The notes under the pieces are model-generated. The model made no database searches. It was not told where the DNA came from and worked only from the letters and a program-made list of their open reading frames with translations. A stretch of DNA of 64,000 nucleotides from Chiloscyllium plagiosum. Taxonomy: Eukaryota. How positions within the stretch are numbered: position 1 is the first letter of the stretch; each line of letters opens with the position of its first letter. The position numbers and the translations under genes were made by a program. Shown piece after piece: positions 1 through 12,670 of the stretch. The stretch covers positions 3,347,733 through 3,411,732 of the forward strand of contig NC_057751.1 of assembly GCF_004010195.1 (NCBI RefSeq), read 5' to 3'.

Positions 1-134
1 CGCCCCCCCACCTCCCAACACCCCTCCGCCGGATGTCTGTTTGCCCCTCATTTCAGTAACGTGCCCATCCTTGCAACCTCCCGCCCCATTCATTACTGCA
101 TGTGTCTCTCTGTCGACATGTATGCCCTTGCCAA

Positions 135-305
135 GAGTCGTCGAGATGTTACAGCACGGTAACAGACCCTTCGGTCCAACCCGTCCATGCCAACCCAATA
201 TCCCAACCCAATCTAGTCCCACCTGCCAGCACCCAGCCCATATCCCTCCAGACCCTTCCCATTCACATACCCATCCAGATGTCTTCTGAGTTTTAATAAT
301 TTTCC
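135..305 (-). mobile_element. CR1-type LINE 3' end fragment
   Basis: Reverse complement reads ...LDGYVNGKGLEGYG..., followed by the 3'UTR seen in other copies (5438, 29050, 43835). Confidence 0.8.
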
Positions 306-1061
306 TGTCGTGGTGCTTCCTGTGTCTCCTCGAAACACATCTAACTCTTTCAGAGGGGAGTTGATCATGATCTGAAGAGGGGACTTGTGTAAGGCTTGTG
401 TAAGGGAAAGTGATGGGATGAAAGGGAGTTGCTCTGTCAGACAGAGATAGCGTTGACCTGACTGGCCAATTGGTGCTCTGTGATTTTGAGCTGCACAGTC
501 CCACAGCAGAACTCCAAAAATTTCCCACACTGGCTCGCTGTGTGTCTGGCTCTTCAAGTTGCCATGGTTACAGAGAAAACATGATCACTGGGCTGCCCGC
601 AGAGTGAGGACGTGTTGGGCAACAGTTATCAAGAGTGGAGATGGAGAGGGAATCCGACTGGAGGTGCTTGGTACTCAGGGATCCCAGTGCATGGGTGAAG
701 TATGGACAGCCATGCCTTCAGCTGTTTGCGTAGTCAGAGACTGGAAGGGAGGGAGGGATTGAGATGGGGAGATGGATTTTGGATTAGCATTGGTTCCAGT
801 TCTGAGCTGTGAGCAGGGTCTGGGAGGAGTCATAGAGATGTACAGCACGGACCTAAGGTTTGATTTCCGTATGCTCGCAGGATCTGTGTGATCCACCGTG
901 GTGTTTTCTGATTCCTGTTCAGTCAGATTGCTGGGTGGTATTCAATTCTGAATTTATAACCTGTATCCCCACTGGAAAACATCACAGCAAGATTTTCCAC
1001 AGAGTGATAAAACATGTTAAACTCACGTTGGTCATGGAGCACTTCACACCTGTCCTCTGTG

Positions 1062-1216
1062 GAGATTAGAGTGGTGCTGGAAAAGCACAGCAGTTCAGGC
1101 AGCATCCGAGGAGCAGGAAAATCGACGTTTCGGGCAAAAGCCCTTCATCTGCCTGTATTCCTGATTTCCAGATTTCATGATTCTGGTTTCCAGCATCTGC
1201 AGTCATCATTGTTTTT
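1062..1216. mobile_element. Short Penelope-like terminal-repeat insertion with an inverted tail and a broken hammerhead
   Basis: Flanked by the direct repeat ACCTGTCCTCTGTG (1048-1061 and 1217-1230). 1062-1149 and ~1180-1219 are parts of the same repeat (compare 37121-37222) in opposite orientations. The minus strand reads GAUGAAGGGCUUUUGCCCGAAACGUC. Confidence 0.8.
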
Positions 1217-3769
1217 ACCTGTCCTCTGTGTGCCTATCCTGAAGTGAAACTCTCGCACAAGGTGTTTTGTTCATTTATTAAGCAGTTTTAGTTTTTACCG
1301 TCTGTCAGGAAAGAAGGTTAAAAAAAAAAAGAGGGCCCAAAATATTTCACAGCCAACTCTGTACTTGCGAAGTGTTTAATTATTGAATTTTTAAGGAGGT
1401 ATGGAGACTTGTGAAGTTTGAGTGTGGAATATGATTTTCGTCAATACAGGAATCAATGACTTGAGGCTTTCCTTTGAGTTGCAAGGTCAGTTAGTGGATG
1501 AAAATTCAAGCTGGTGTTCATCCTGTTACTGTGAATGAAGCAATCAATCTGAAGTTGACTGTCAGAGACACCCACTGTGACTCCAAATGTTGGTGTGCAC
1601 CAAGAAATTTGTGTTGATATTTTACCTTCTCAGACCACATCACAGTGACTGTCATGCTCTAGAATTGCAATTGCTGTCATCACCTGGGCAAAAGGATGGC
1701 AGTTAGCGATGTGACCAAGTGAGTCATTTCACTGATGAGCATTGAAGCTCTTTGTTAAATGATGCTGTTTGTTCTTTTAAATCCTTGGGATGTGACGTTA
1801 CCCTAAAGATGTCACTTCTGGCAGTGCATTGCAAGGTCAAACATGGAGCAGCCGCATTCCAGATGTCTCAGGTGGGAATATTATTACTGAGTGAAAAGGA
1901 TGGGTTGTACAGTATGCAACATTGTCTTGGAGTTTTGTACGCACTTATTATCTGTGATTGTATTGTATGGTAATGTCCTCAAGTCTGCATCTAGAACTCA
2001 TTGATTGCTGTAAAGCCACAGAACTTTGCATTTCTTAAAGACTCTGGATGTCAACACAATGTGTCCAATGAGACACAGTTTTAAAAATGCACCTTATAAG
2101 GGCAATAGCCAATCTAGAGTTGATGGAAGTCACCTATCCTACAGAACTGCCACTCTGGTTGGTATCTCAGCTCTGAGACAGGAGCTTCTGCACTCTTGAT
2201 GTTTGATCAGATAATCTAGGTTTACGGTCCAATGCCATGCAGTTAGACATGAAACCTGAAACCGAGGTCCCATCAGCTCATGGTAAAGGTGCTGTTTCAA
2301 AGACAAAGCTGGAGAATTCTTGTGCATGCCCAAGCTAACGTCTGTCCTTCCGTTTTCGATCACATGAAAGAGCTATTGTTATTGCATTCAGTCTTCTTCA
2401 AAACTGTAGAGAGAGGTGACAAGATGATGGGTTCATATTGTCGGAAAAAGGTTGGGTTTGGGGATGATGGGGATTGAAAGGTCAGGTATCACAGAAGGAA
2501 TGGCACTGTGTTATCCCTGAATCAGGAGAAGTGAGGGAGATTCAGAGTAGGTGTCATTCAGAGGCGTGTTCCACCTCTGTCTTTAATCCTGAGACAGAGT
2601 TAGATTGGAGTTGAAACACGAACTCTGTTTTTCTCTCTTATGTGTGCAGGCTGCCTGACCTGCTGGGTTTCATCAGCACTTTGGTTTTATTTCGGATCTC
2701 CAGTATCCTCAGTGTAAGGCTTTTGTGTTATGACAACATTGCTATGTACAGAAATTAGCTGCCATGTTACAAACACACTTACATTTCACAAATCAGCTCA
2801 CTGGGTGTCAAATGGTTTGAAATGTCCTGTGGTTGTGCAAGTCACTGCAGAAATTCAAGTCTGGATTTTTCTTTGTTGTGTTGAGACAGCAGTTGGGATT
2901 CGATCATTGCAGGCTGTCAAGAGAATGGTCAGATATTTCACTTGAACACCACAGCTTGAGTACAGCAGTCCAGCCTCAAGGCTGAGTGGCTGAACATGAC
3001 CAAAAGTGAGGAGGATTGATTGAGAGAAACAGTTTTCTCGAGAGCCCAAAACCGATGTCTAGATCGTTGCAGTGATGCAGAAACATTGCAGATTGATGGC
3101 ACGGAAAGAGGTCATTCAGTCCAGGTCATTGGCAGCAGCTGTAAAAGAGCTGGCCTTGCCAAACCCATTTCCACAGCTTGATCTGTAGCTTGGTAGGTTC
3201 AGGAATGATGTGTGAATGAGATCCTCATTCGTCCTGATGTAATTGAACAGGAGGGTAGGTACAGGAGGCTGAGTGCTGTCTCTGTTTCCCACTTCTGCAT
3301 GAGTACAGAATGTAACCAATGTGTTGTGAGCTGTCTGTGTCTCAGAGTGACTTGGGTACACATGGGTTGTGGAGATGACTTCAAAAGCTCCTCAACAGCT
3401 TTGGTGCATTCATTTCACCTGGAGTGCGCTCAGTTGTCAGTCCAGTCAGTCATGTTTTCATCAGACTAGATATTGGGGAAACTGCTGCAAAGGATTATGC
3501 CAATCCATTACGATGGAAACCATCAAACCGAAAAGTCGTGTGGGTTCTTTTTCCTCCTCTTGCATTTCATTATGGCATGAAACTTCTTGATAGTTATGTC
3601 TTCTCTCTCCGGCCTGAAACGAAGTCTTTTTGCACCATTTATCTTGTCAACGATATGCTGTTATTTACTCCAGGATGAACCTGAGCTTGTTGAAGAGTCC
3701 ATCCTACTTCCTCTGCTGAGAGGAGAGTTAGCCACCTCCAGTCACCATGCAGATGATGCAAGTCAAATA

Positions 3770-3990
3770 CCACAGATGCTGGAGATCTGAAATAAAAACA
3801 TCAAGTGCTAGAGACATTCAACAGGGCCGGCAACATCCGTGGGAGAGCAGCAGAGTTAGCGTTTGAGTGCAGTGTGACTCCTCTTCTGCATAGAAACATT
3901 CTGACTTGAAACATTAACTCTGTTTTTCCTCTCCGTAGATGCTGCCAGACCTACTAAGTTTCTCTAGTACATTCTGATTTTGTTTCAGCT
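3770..3990. mobile_element. Old, degenerate inverted-repeat element related to the PLE terminal repeats
   Basis: Starts cagatgctggagatctgaaataaaaac. The ~3790-3870 arm is roughly the reverse complement of ~3905-3990. Related fragments lie near 2610-2725, 6500-6575, 19455-19535 and 56355-56430. Confidence 0.55.
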
Positions 3991-5437
3991 GCAGTTCTTT
4001 GGGTTCAATCACCCACCCTATTGCTGAGGAAACACTGGAATTGTTCTCAGGAAAACGCCCACCGACGTACTGGGGGTTGATGTCAGGAAGCACTTGTTCA
4101 CAAAGGGTCATGCAAACGTGGAACTCTGTGTTCCTCCACAGAAGCTGGTGAGGCCGTGGCTCACTTGAGGGTTTGAAAACGTAAGGCAGAACAAATTGGG
4201 TTTTGGGTGCAGATGAGCCGAACTATGTAACAGATGTGAAGGACTGACTGGGGTTTTGGGAATGGGGTACCTCCATTCCATGGGTGTTGGTGACAGCTGA
4301 GCCAAAGGCTGTCCGCTTCTGCTGTATCATTGCTTGTGGATATGAGAACCAAGATTCTGCGTTTTACCTTCATGAACCTGACACCAATCCTACAACAGCT
4401 CCGAGACTGAAGTGATAATCACTGAGCCGTGCAAAATGCACTTAAAAAATGCTGAAAGAAGTGTTTTTAAGGCCTCTGGTGAAGAAGAGAAGGGAGATGG
4501 AGAGGAGTTTAGAGATTCCAGGTGACTGAAGTCCATGTATGTTTGTCAGAAAGTGAACTTTATTCTTATTCCCATAGTCATTGATTTAATTGGTCAGCAC
4601 TTGTGCTTTAACAGAAGTAACAGAATTGTTACTTGTCTCATGAGGAGGAGAGCGGATCATCACAGTGAATTTGACGTACAACGCAACCCTTGTGAGCCCT
4701 CATTGTCTTGTGCTGCAGTAGCAGCTGTTCCAGAGCCAGGAGAAAGTTTGGCTCAAATAGCTCAATGGTTGAGGCAACAGGCAGCATTCAGCAGTGACAA
4801 AACAGTGTAAAACCCGGACACGTGGCTCTTTGTGTTGTCAGTACAATGTTCAAACCACCAACCATGTTCAACTCAGCGGCAAGACTAGCCTTTGTGACAT
4901 GAGAGAGAAATGAAACGGGCTGTTCATTCACTTCTTAAACTCTGAATGCCAAGGCTGTGCTGAGATATTTGAATTATTTCGCTGACAGTTTATCTTCTTT
5001 GAAACCTGTTTTCTTACTTTGTCAGCACTTGTGTTAAAGTGACCCTATTTGCATATGAACACAAGGCCCCTGGCATTGCAGGTTGGCTGCTGCAAGTCTG
5101 TACAATTGCCCTTGATAAAACTTTGAATGGCTGGCAGGCCGTGTTCATTTTAATAGTTGCAAAGTGCATGCAAGTGCGCAGTGTGCATAATGCTTGTTGT
5201 AATATGGTGAAAGAGGACTTTATTCAATATTAATAGGAATTTGAAGCATGTTGTCAATCACTTGCTGCCCCATGATCTCCAGTGCATAATCACTGCTCGG
5301 GTCAGCATTTATGAGAATCGAAGCTGGAATTTGAATGGCACTCCATCTGTCCTGCAATGCAACAAAATGATGGTACTCTCTCTTCCATCTTTGAGCACTT
5401 ACATTGTACAAACTGCATCCAAACAGGAGACAATCTT

Positions 5438-6080
5438 ATAGCACAGAAACAGACTCTTTGACCCAACCAGTCCATGCCAACCATAATCCCAAACTAAACT
5501 TGCCCCACCTGCCTGCGCTGGGCCCACATCCCTCCAAACACTTCTTATTCACGTACTTATCCAAATGTCTTTGAAACATTCTAACTATACCCGTATCCAT
5601 CACTGCCTCTGGCAGTTCACTCCACACACGAACCACATTCTGTATAAAAAAAGAATTGCCCTCATGTCTTTGTTAAATTTTTTTCCTCTTACCTGAAAGA
5701 TGTGCCCCCTCATCTTGAAATCCTCTGCCAAGGGCAAAGACACTTGATGTTCACCTTATATACACCCCTCAACAATCTATAAACCTCTATGTTCCAGTGG
5801 GAAAAGTCCAAGCCGATCCTACCTTTCCTTGTAAGTCAAACCTTCCATTCCTGGTAGCATCCTGGTAAATCTTTTCGGAACCATTTCCAGTTTCATAATA
5901 TCTTTCTAATCAATGGGAGACCAGCCCTGCACACAGTACTCCAGAGGAAGTCTCACCAACATCCTGTACACCCTCAACATCATGTCCCAATCCTATAATC
6001 AAAGGTCTGAGCAATAAGGCATGTGTATGAAATGCCTTCTGACCCACCCTGTCTGTATGTGATGGAAACTTCAAAGAATA
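5438..6080 (-). mobile_element. CR1-type LINE, 5'-truncated 3' portion
   Basis: Minus-strand ORF VRVWSELPEAVMDTGIVRMFQRHLDKYVNKKCLEG is the typical CR1 ORF2 C-terminus, with the upstream EYC.Q.WSP region. Confidence 0.85.
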
Positions 6081-6624
6081 ATGTGCTGGAACCTCGGTCC
6101 TTGAAAGCCAGTGGAAAGATTGAATTTGCAGCATTTCTTTCCTTGTCTGAGCTGCAGACTGAAGATGGTGGGCAGAGTCGTCGTTGGTCTGAACCTGTGC
6201 CCAGAGTTTTCTTTCTGCATGTTGCTGTGTGACCATTTGTTTAGTTTGGTCGTGATGCTGCTGTTTGTCAAATGAGTTGTTGAGCTCAAGCCCCAGGTGG
6301 ATGCACGAGATGAGACAGCAACATTGTGTGTCCTGGATAGGGTTTATCCCTGATTTATACCGCGTAGGTAGATTATTTAGTCATATCATTGCAGAAATTA
6401 TCATCTTTTTGTACGTTGCAGCAGTGACCTTACAACATTACCGAAGCACCCGGAACTGTTCTGTGTACTTCCCGGCATAGCCGAAAAGACTGCATTGCCA
6501 GGAAATGCTGGGAATCTTCCTCAGGGTCAGGCAGCATGTGTGAAGAGAGAATTTTGGATCTGTGACTCTTCATCTTTCGATTCGGTACACAAAACAAGTC
6601 CTTGAAATTTCATCACAGCAATTA

Positions 6625-6776
6625 CAGAGGAACCTCAATTATCCAAAGGACACAGGTGGGGAATATTTCGTTCGGATAATTGAATGCTGGATAACATAGT
6701 GAGCCAAGCATCGGGACCCTGTTCGGATAATCTGAAATTTGGTTCATTGAATGCCAGATAATCAAAGTTCCTTTTG
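6625..6776. mobile_element. Tc1/mariner-pogo(Tigger)-type MITE
   Basis: Imperfect ~20-bp terminal inverted repeats (CAGAGGAACCTCAATTATC / GATAATCAAAGTTCCTTTTG). TA on both flanks (6623-6624 and 6777-6778). Internal ggataa/ttatcc sub-repeats. Confidence 0.75.
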
Positions 6777-7574
6777 TAATCTGACATATCTTTTGCTTTT
6801 GCTTCCTGTGCAATGTACTGCCATTCGCAGCTCATTGGGACACAGCTTTTTTTGGACGAGTTGGTCACTGTAGCCGACTGCTGCCATCTGATGTCTGCCC
6901 TGCCCTATCTCCAGTCTTGCCGTGTTGTCTTTGTGTACTCGCTGAAAACATTTCTTGCTCCACAGTTGCTGCCTGGACTGCTGATTCTATCCGTTTTAAT
7001 TTTGGATCTCCAGCTTGATGTGACAGTTGTTAGTCGAGCTCCAGTTTCCCTCTTTGCAAGTTTTCAAATACCCATAAAGTTGCCATTGGCTGTTTTATGT
7101 GATAACCCGGTGATTGCAACAGGACAAGAGTGTTCTCAAGCTTTCTGTTTGTCTATCAAGACTTAACGCAAAATTGCACTCTGTTCACTCCCAGAGTTAA
7201 TTCAGCTGTAGTCACTAAGTCCTGGAGCAAACATCTGGCTGCCAGTTTAACAAAAACTACTCTTTTTTTTGAAACATTTGCCCCTCTGTTGCAGGGGGAG
7301 ATCCAGGCAACAGGAGCGAATTGGAGAGCCACTTTGGGATGAAATAATGTTGAACATTTTAGAGGAAGGCCCACCTGCATTTGAAAAAGAAAGGAGAGCC
7401 TAAGAATGGGTTGAATGGCAACGTTTTAACAGGGTTGGTGTTCATGGCTTCAGAAACTGCTGGAGCTGCCATGCTCTTTCTGGGGCTTGGAGTTCATGGA
7501 ATCAGCTTTCCCCGCTCTGTGGTTTCAATTTCAGCATGAGGTGATTTTTATTTGCCAATGAGTACCTCGATAAA

Positions 7575-8125
7575 AAAGAAGCTTGTTCATCTCTATTGGG
7601 CGGTGTCAATTGTGTTACAGTTTTGGTCACCTTCATTAAGGAGGGAATGTAAACCATTGCAGCTGATACCAAGGAGGTTTTCTCAACTGGGACCTGGATG
7701 TCCTATGAGGAAAGGTTGGTCCAGTTGGGTTGGCTTTCACTGGAATCTAGAAAGTGAGGAGTGACTTGATTGAAATGTCGAATATCCTGAATGGCCTTGA
7801 TGAGGGGTATGTGGATCTGATGTTTTCCCTTGTGGGTGATTCCAGAACAAGGGAATGCTGTTGAAAAATGATGGTGGCCATTTTTGGACAAATGAATCAT
7901 TTTTGTTGAGGGTTGTAGTACTTTGGAGCCCCCTGCCTCAGGAAGTAGGGTCATTGAATATTTTTCAGGCAGAGGTGGGTGGATTTCTGTCAGGCAGCAA
8001 GTCCAAGGTTATTGGGAGTCGATGAAAGTGTGTATTGTGAAACACGGGCAGATGAGCCATGGTCCCATTGAATGTCAGAACAGGATCAAAGGTCGAAGGG
8101 TCTCCTACTGCTCTGAGTTGATTTG
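7575..8125 (+). mobile_element. Old CR1-type LINE 3' portion
   Basis: Degenerate VLQFWSP..R..F motif followed by the usual CR1 3' sequence. Frameshifted. Confidence 0.65.
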
Positions 8126-9139
8126 GCCTCTTGAACACCTTTGAACAATCAATCAGGATTCCTCCCCAGTTTCTAATCAACTGGTTTAGCTGGCTGGTAT
8201 TATCAGACTTGGAGTTCGACGTGCTCTGCAGAAGGCTGGCATGGACTCTGGGTTCAATGGCCTCCTGTCAGGACCGTGATATCCCACTGAGTCTGCCTGA
8301 GCAAATTGTGGACCTGATGCATTGATATGGTTAGCAGGAGTGCCACACGGTCTTTGTGCATTTTGACTGGGTAAGCTTTCTCCTCTATTTTGAGGGATGG
8401 CCTGAGCAAACCCAAATAAGCCTGTAGACAGGCTGAGTTCAGGCCTGTTGGGGGATAAGAGCATTGTTTTCCCACATGAACCCATAAACAAAGTGTTTCT
8501 CCAAAGGCCTAATCCCAACATGGTATTCGGTCTGTTCAGGCCAAGCAAGATACTTCTCCCAAAAGGCTGGAACAGAGCCATGAGACACGAACGGACTTCC
8601 GTGGCAAGTGTATCATCAAATGGAGTCAAAGAGGACGTAGTACAGAGATAAGGGAAGCAAACATTGGCAGATGCCATCAGGTTTTTGATAAAAATAACAT
8701 GAACCCATTCCCCAACCAACAATGACTTTGAGTTAAATAAATATTTTGTTCTTGGTGGTGAGATGGTTAGCAAAAGATCTTAGACTGTTGGGTAATTGTG
8801 TCCAAAAACTGAAAATATTCTTGGTCTGAAAAGCAGTGGTTCCCAGGTTTTGGATTGAAGGAACCTGCCCTTTGCTTTGCATGATAAAATACCTGAATAG
8901 ACTCCCATGCTACATGTGCAAGCATGCAGAATACAAAGTGATGCAGAACTAAGGGTGAGAGCAATTTCTGCTTGTCTCTGATGTCTCCCAATAGCTGAGG
9001 AAGCTCCGGTCACTTAGCTATGCCTCATACATGAAGAGGAGTCCCAAGGTAAGTGCTGCAGGTTTGGAAGTCCTTGGAAGAAATGTCAACAAAGTGCAGT
9101 TGGGAGCGTATCCACCTCTGGGTCCCATGGCTTGACCAC

Positions 9140-9300
9140 GCATTCAGCCTGACACTGCAGTGTGCAGTACCGAGGGAGCACAGCACTGTCAGAGGTGCCT
9201 ACTCCCTTCCACCATTTTGAACAAGTGCAAGAGACTTCTCCCTGGTGTTCTAATATTTAATCATCAGTCAACATCACAGAAAGCAGATTCTCTTCCTACT
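9140..9300 (+). mobile_element. Possible DeuSINE-like (SacSINE1/AmnSINE1-type) fragment
   Basis: ctgacactgcagtgtgcagtaccgagggagcacagcactgtcagaggtgcc resembles the Deu central domain as I recall it. Similar fragments lie at ~19940-20010 (-) and ~39430-39540 (+). Confidence 0.5.
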
Positions 9301-11521
9301 CCCAACATTAAAACTGTGGCCTGTCTTCAGAAAGTACACAGTTAACTGTCAATTGGTTTGAGACATTAGATGGTCATGATATATATTTTACAAATATCAA
9401 ATGCTTCTGTTGAAGCAAAAGGTCTCGTTGTTTCACCATGTCCCTTGGCTGTCCTTTCCTGACCAAGTGCAGGGCTGCATTTTTAAGTAATGCTTCAAAT
9501 GGACATTGCAGAAGAGTTCAGAGGAACAAGGAATATCATTTCTCGGTCTGTACAAGATCTTGTGATCCCAGATATTGATCCGAGCATGGAACCTGGCTTG
9601 ATAGATCATATGTTTCGTTTCTGGAGTTGGCCACCATGGCTGTTAGTTACTTCAAGATGTTCACACAAAATGTTTGTGAACGACAGAAAATTGTTATCGT
9701 TTCTTTTTTGGTGAAAACTTTTTTGATATTTGTGTAAGACAGTTGGAAAGATTGTAACACCATTAGCAGGAGAAAAAGCTCATTTGTTCGTGAAAACTAT
9801 CTTTTGCAGATAGTTAATTTTGGAGAAATTTAACCCGTGTCTCAACTCTTGGAATTGTTACTTTGATGATTCCTTCCAATTTCTTTTCCTTGGACTGCGG
9901 AGACTGTTGTACAGTTTCTTCAAGTCTGGTGGCATGAACCTTCCATCATTTTGTTGCTGCTTCTGCTGAGTGATGCTGGTGGACTGAGTGAATGTGTGAG
10001 TACATGGTGCTTGATTGGCATCACATCTGCCAACGTTCACTTCCTCCCCCATCAGTGCTCAGTTGCTACCTTATGAACCATCCATAAGATGCACTGCCAC
10101 AACTCACCAAGGTAGATATTTGGGAACACTACCATTTGCAGTTTTGAGCGATTGTTCCTCGTTCTGAACTGAACTCAAAAGACTTGAAGCCTGTTGACTT
10201 TCTGGTCTGTTTCAAAATTAGCAATGTAAGCATTCAAGTGCCAACCAGGCCACTTGATGCAGTGATGTGCTGTCTTGGAATTGATTCGCTTAGGTCACAA
10301 TTGCTAATGACTTTCGACCAGTTTTATTTAAAAAATCTTTCACACAACTAACCCGTACAGATCTGCCTCTATTTTAAATCCAAATCCCCAAGATATCCCC
10401 TCTAACTTTACACCTTTCATCACAAAGGGCACCTTTGAGAATTTGCTTAGCATCGCTACCATTTCTGGGGAAAGGATATCTCTGTGAGCGTGTGAGTTAT
10501 CGTACACATATGCAGCTGAGATGGAAAGTGCTTTGATGGTGAAAGGTACTTAAAAATAAAAAAAAATCTAAATCAACGTAATTGCTTGGAGAACCCTTTT
10601 CTTTCTGCAGCCCACGATTAACCCCTTCCTTATTCAGGGTTATTTTTGACAATGACTCATCCACATCCTCCTCTTCCGACTCTGTATTTATCACTCAATC
10701 CAACTACGCTGGAAATCGTGTAATGAGAGATTTTTAGCCAGTCTGTATTGCAGCCATTCAACCGATAATTGGAGTGAAACAAAATAAAAAGAGAGCCCCC
10801 CCCCACCCCCACACCCCCCCACGATGATCAGAATGATGAAAAAACTGCTTTGTGTCATGTGCTTGTTTTGCCCAGCTGGATGAGGTCACATTTATCCCTG
10901 GTTTGTGAAAATCGTTGCAGTGCGGCTTGTATTTTGACCATGGTTTGATGTTGCGACACAGGGCCTTCATGTAATTAGGTCTAATCATGACCTCTGAGAG
11001 TCCACTGTGATTTACCCGCCTCCAAGATCATATTTCACAAGGCATTCAGCAATTTGTAAGAGTTTATGACATTTCCTAATGTGACAACAAAGCGTAAGTA
11101 ATTTACACATGGAAACAATTATTTAATTTCTGGTATCAGGAAAATATTTTAAAGATTGGTTTGCAATGAAAAATGGAGGAAACTGATTTGGCTCTGTTTA
11201 ATCTGTGTACCTTGATGAATATCTATTTAAAACTTTGAACCAGCAGTAATCCTGCGATGTGACCAGTGCACTGAGCTGGTATAGATGTCCCGGATGGGAT
11301 AGACAACTGCTGTAACCACTCTGTGAATGTTGCTTTTCCTTTCAGATGTGTTGTGCTGTTTCTCTTGTTCTGAAGTCAGATAGCTTTGCTCACAGATCAG
11401 TGCGTCTACTTTGGTTTGTCTGTCCTTTTATCTGTTATTTCAGAAATGATTGCCGCTGAGGAACAAAATGAGAATGGGAAGAGGATTTTTTTTTCAGATA
11501 CACCGTGCCTGGGAATATCAA

Positions 11522-11915
11522 CTCATAGAATATGGAAACTGATCCTTCGGCCCAACCAGTCCAATCCAACCAAATCTTAGACTAAACTAGTCCCACCTGC
11601 CTAGCCCTCCAAACCTTTCCTGTTCAGGAACTTATTCAAATCTTTATAAATCTTAAAAATCACACAACACCAGGTTATGGTCCAATAGATTTATTTGGAA
11701 GTCGAAGCTTTCAGAGCACCGCACCTTCATCAGGTAGTTGTCTCCACATCCACCACATGCTCTGGAAGTTCATTCCACACTCGAACGACTCTGTGTAAAT
11801 CTAACTTATGTCCTTTCTTAAATCTTTCTTCTCTCCCCTTAAAAATATGCCCCTATGCCTTGAAGTCCCTCACTGTGGGGAAAAGACACTTGCCGTTCAC
11901 CTTATCTGTATCCAT
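11522..11915 (-). mobile_element. CR1-type LINE 3' end, interrupted by a small PLE-derived insert
   Basis: Same 3' sequence as the other CR1 copies, broken at ~11652-11740. Confidence 0.75.
11652..11740 (-). mobile_element. Second family of hammerhead-bearing short repeat (PLE-like terminal repeat)
   Basis: The minus strand reads CUGAUGA-A-GGUGC-GGU-GCUCU-GAAA-GCU-U, then ..ccaaataaa..ttgga..taacctggtgttgtgtgatttttaa. The same family occurs as an inverted pair at 48971-49180. Confidence 0.7.
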
Positions 11916-12621
11916 CCCAGTGATTCCCATCCTCGCTGCATTATCCGATGCAGTCAGTTATTGATGTCTTAGGAGAAGTTTCAAAGATAGAACACTTCTC
12001 AGGCACTGAGTAAAGGTGCAAATGTATGTTCATTTCACTTCCCTGATTGTTTTTATGCTACCCTGGTGTTCACTTGCAGAAGGCCTCCCTGGTGCACTTC
12101 AGTCTCCATTTGTAGCCAGCTGGCTGTGGAATATTGGCAACTCAGGTTAAACCCATTCTTCACCCAGCTTCCTGTTGTGAGAGAGAGCCAAGAAATGAGA
12201 GCAAGCGTGTCTCCCGGAGTATCGCAGCCAGTGAACGGCATTGAATAAAACTGGAGATTTCCGTTAGTGCTCTCCTTCTGCGCTTTTCCCTCATCCCTCC
12301 AGCCCCTCACACTGGCATGTTAAAAATAGACAGGATCCTTGCGCTACCACCCTGCCCTCCTCCTCCAAACTTGTGAGGCATTGGCACACTCGAGAGCGGA
12401 GAATCTGGCTTGTCTGCTTCGAAACACCATGGACTTTGGATGTGTTTGTGTATCCTGTGTCCGTTAACTATCTTTTGTCACAGTATGGGGAGACATCTAG
12501 TGTGTGCAGTCAGTACATTGGAAAAGCAAGGTGTTATATTCTCAGAGCATTTTATGACATTGTCTGTTACAAGGGTCTCTGAGCACAAAGAATGGTGAAA
12601 TCTTGCATTTGGTTTTTACAG

Positions 12622-12670
12622 GATTCCTTTCAAGATCGGTCAGCCCAAGAAACAGATTGTGCCGAAGACT
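12622..12670 (+). CDS. BIN3: BIN3 coding exon 2 (49 nt): (W)IPFKIGQPKKQIVPKT
   Basis: Acceptor ttttacAG at 12620-12621 and donor GTaagt at 12671. The translation matches the vertebrate BIN3 N-terminus (MSWIPFKIGQPKKQIVPKT) as I recall it. The first G completes the Trp codon from an upstream exon. Confidence 0.95.

Noticed and set aside
1..130. BIN3 promoter or CpG island
   Set aside because: Only a short C-rich stretch with few CpGs. It may be the edge of an upstream island, but that cannot be supported from this window.
8186..8773. 195-aa minus-strand ORF as an antisense gene or transposase
   Set aside because: No recognisable domain or motif, a non-ATG start and no supporting splice structure. 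Consistent with chance.
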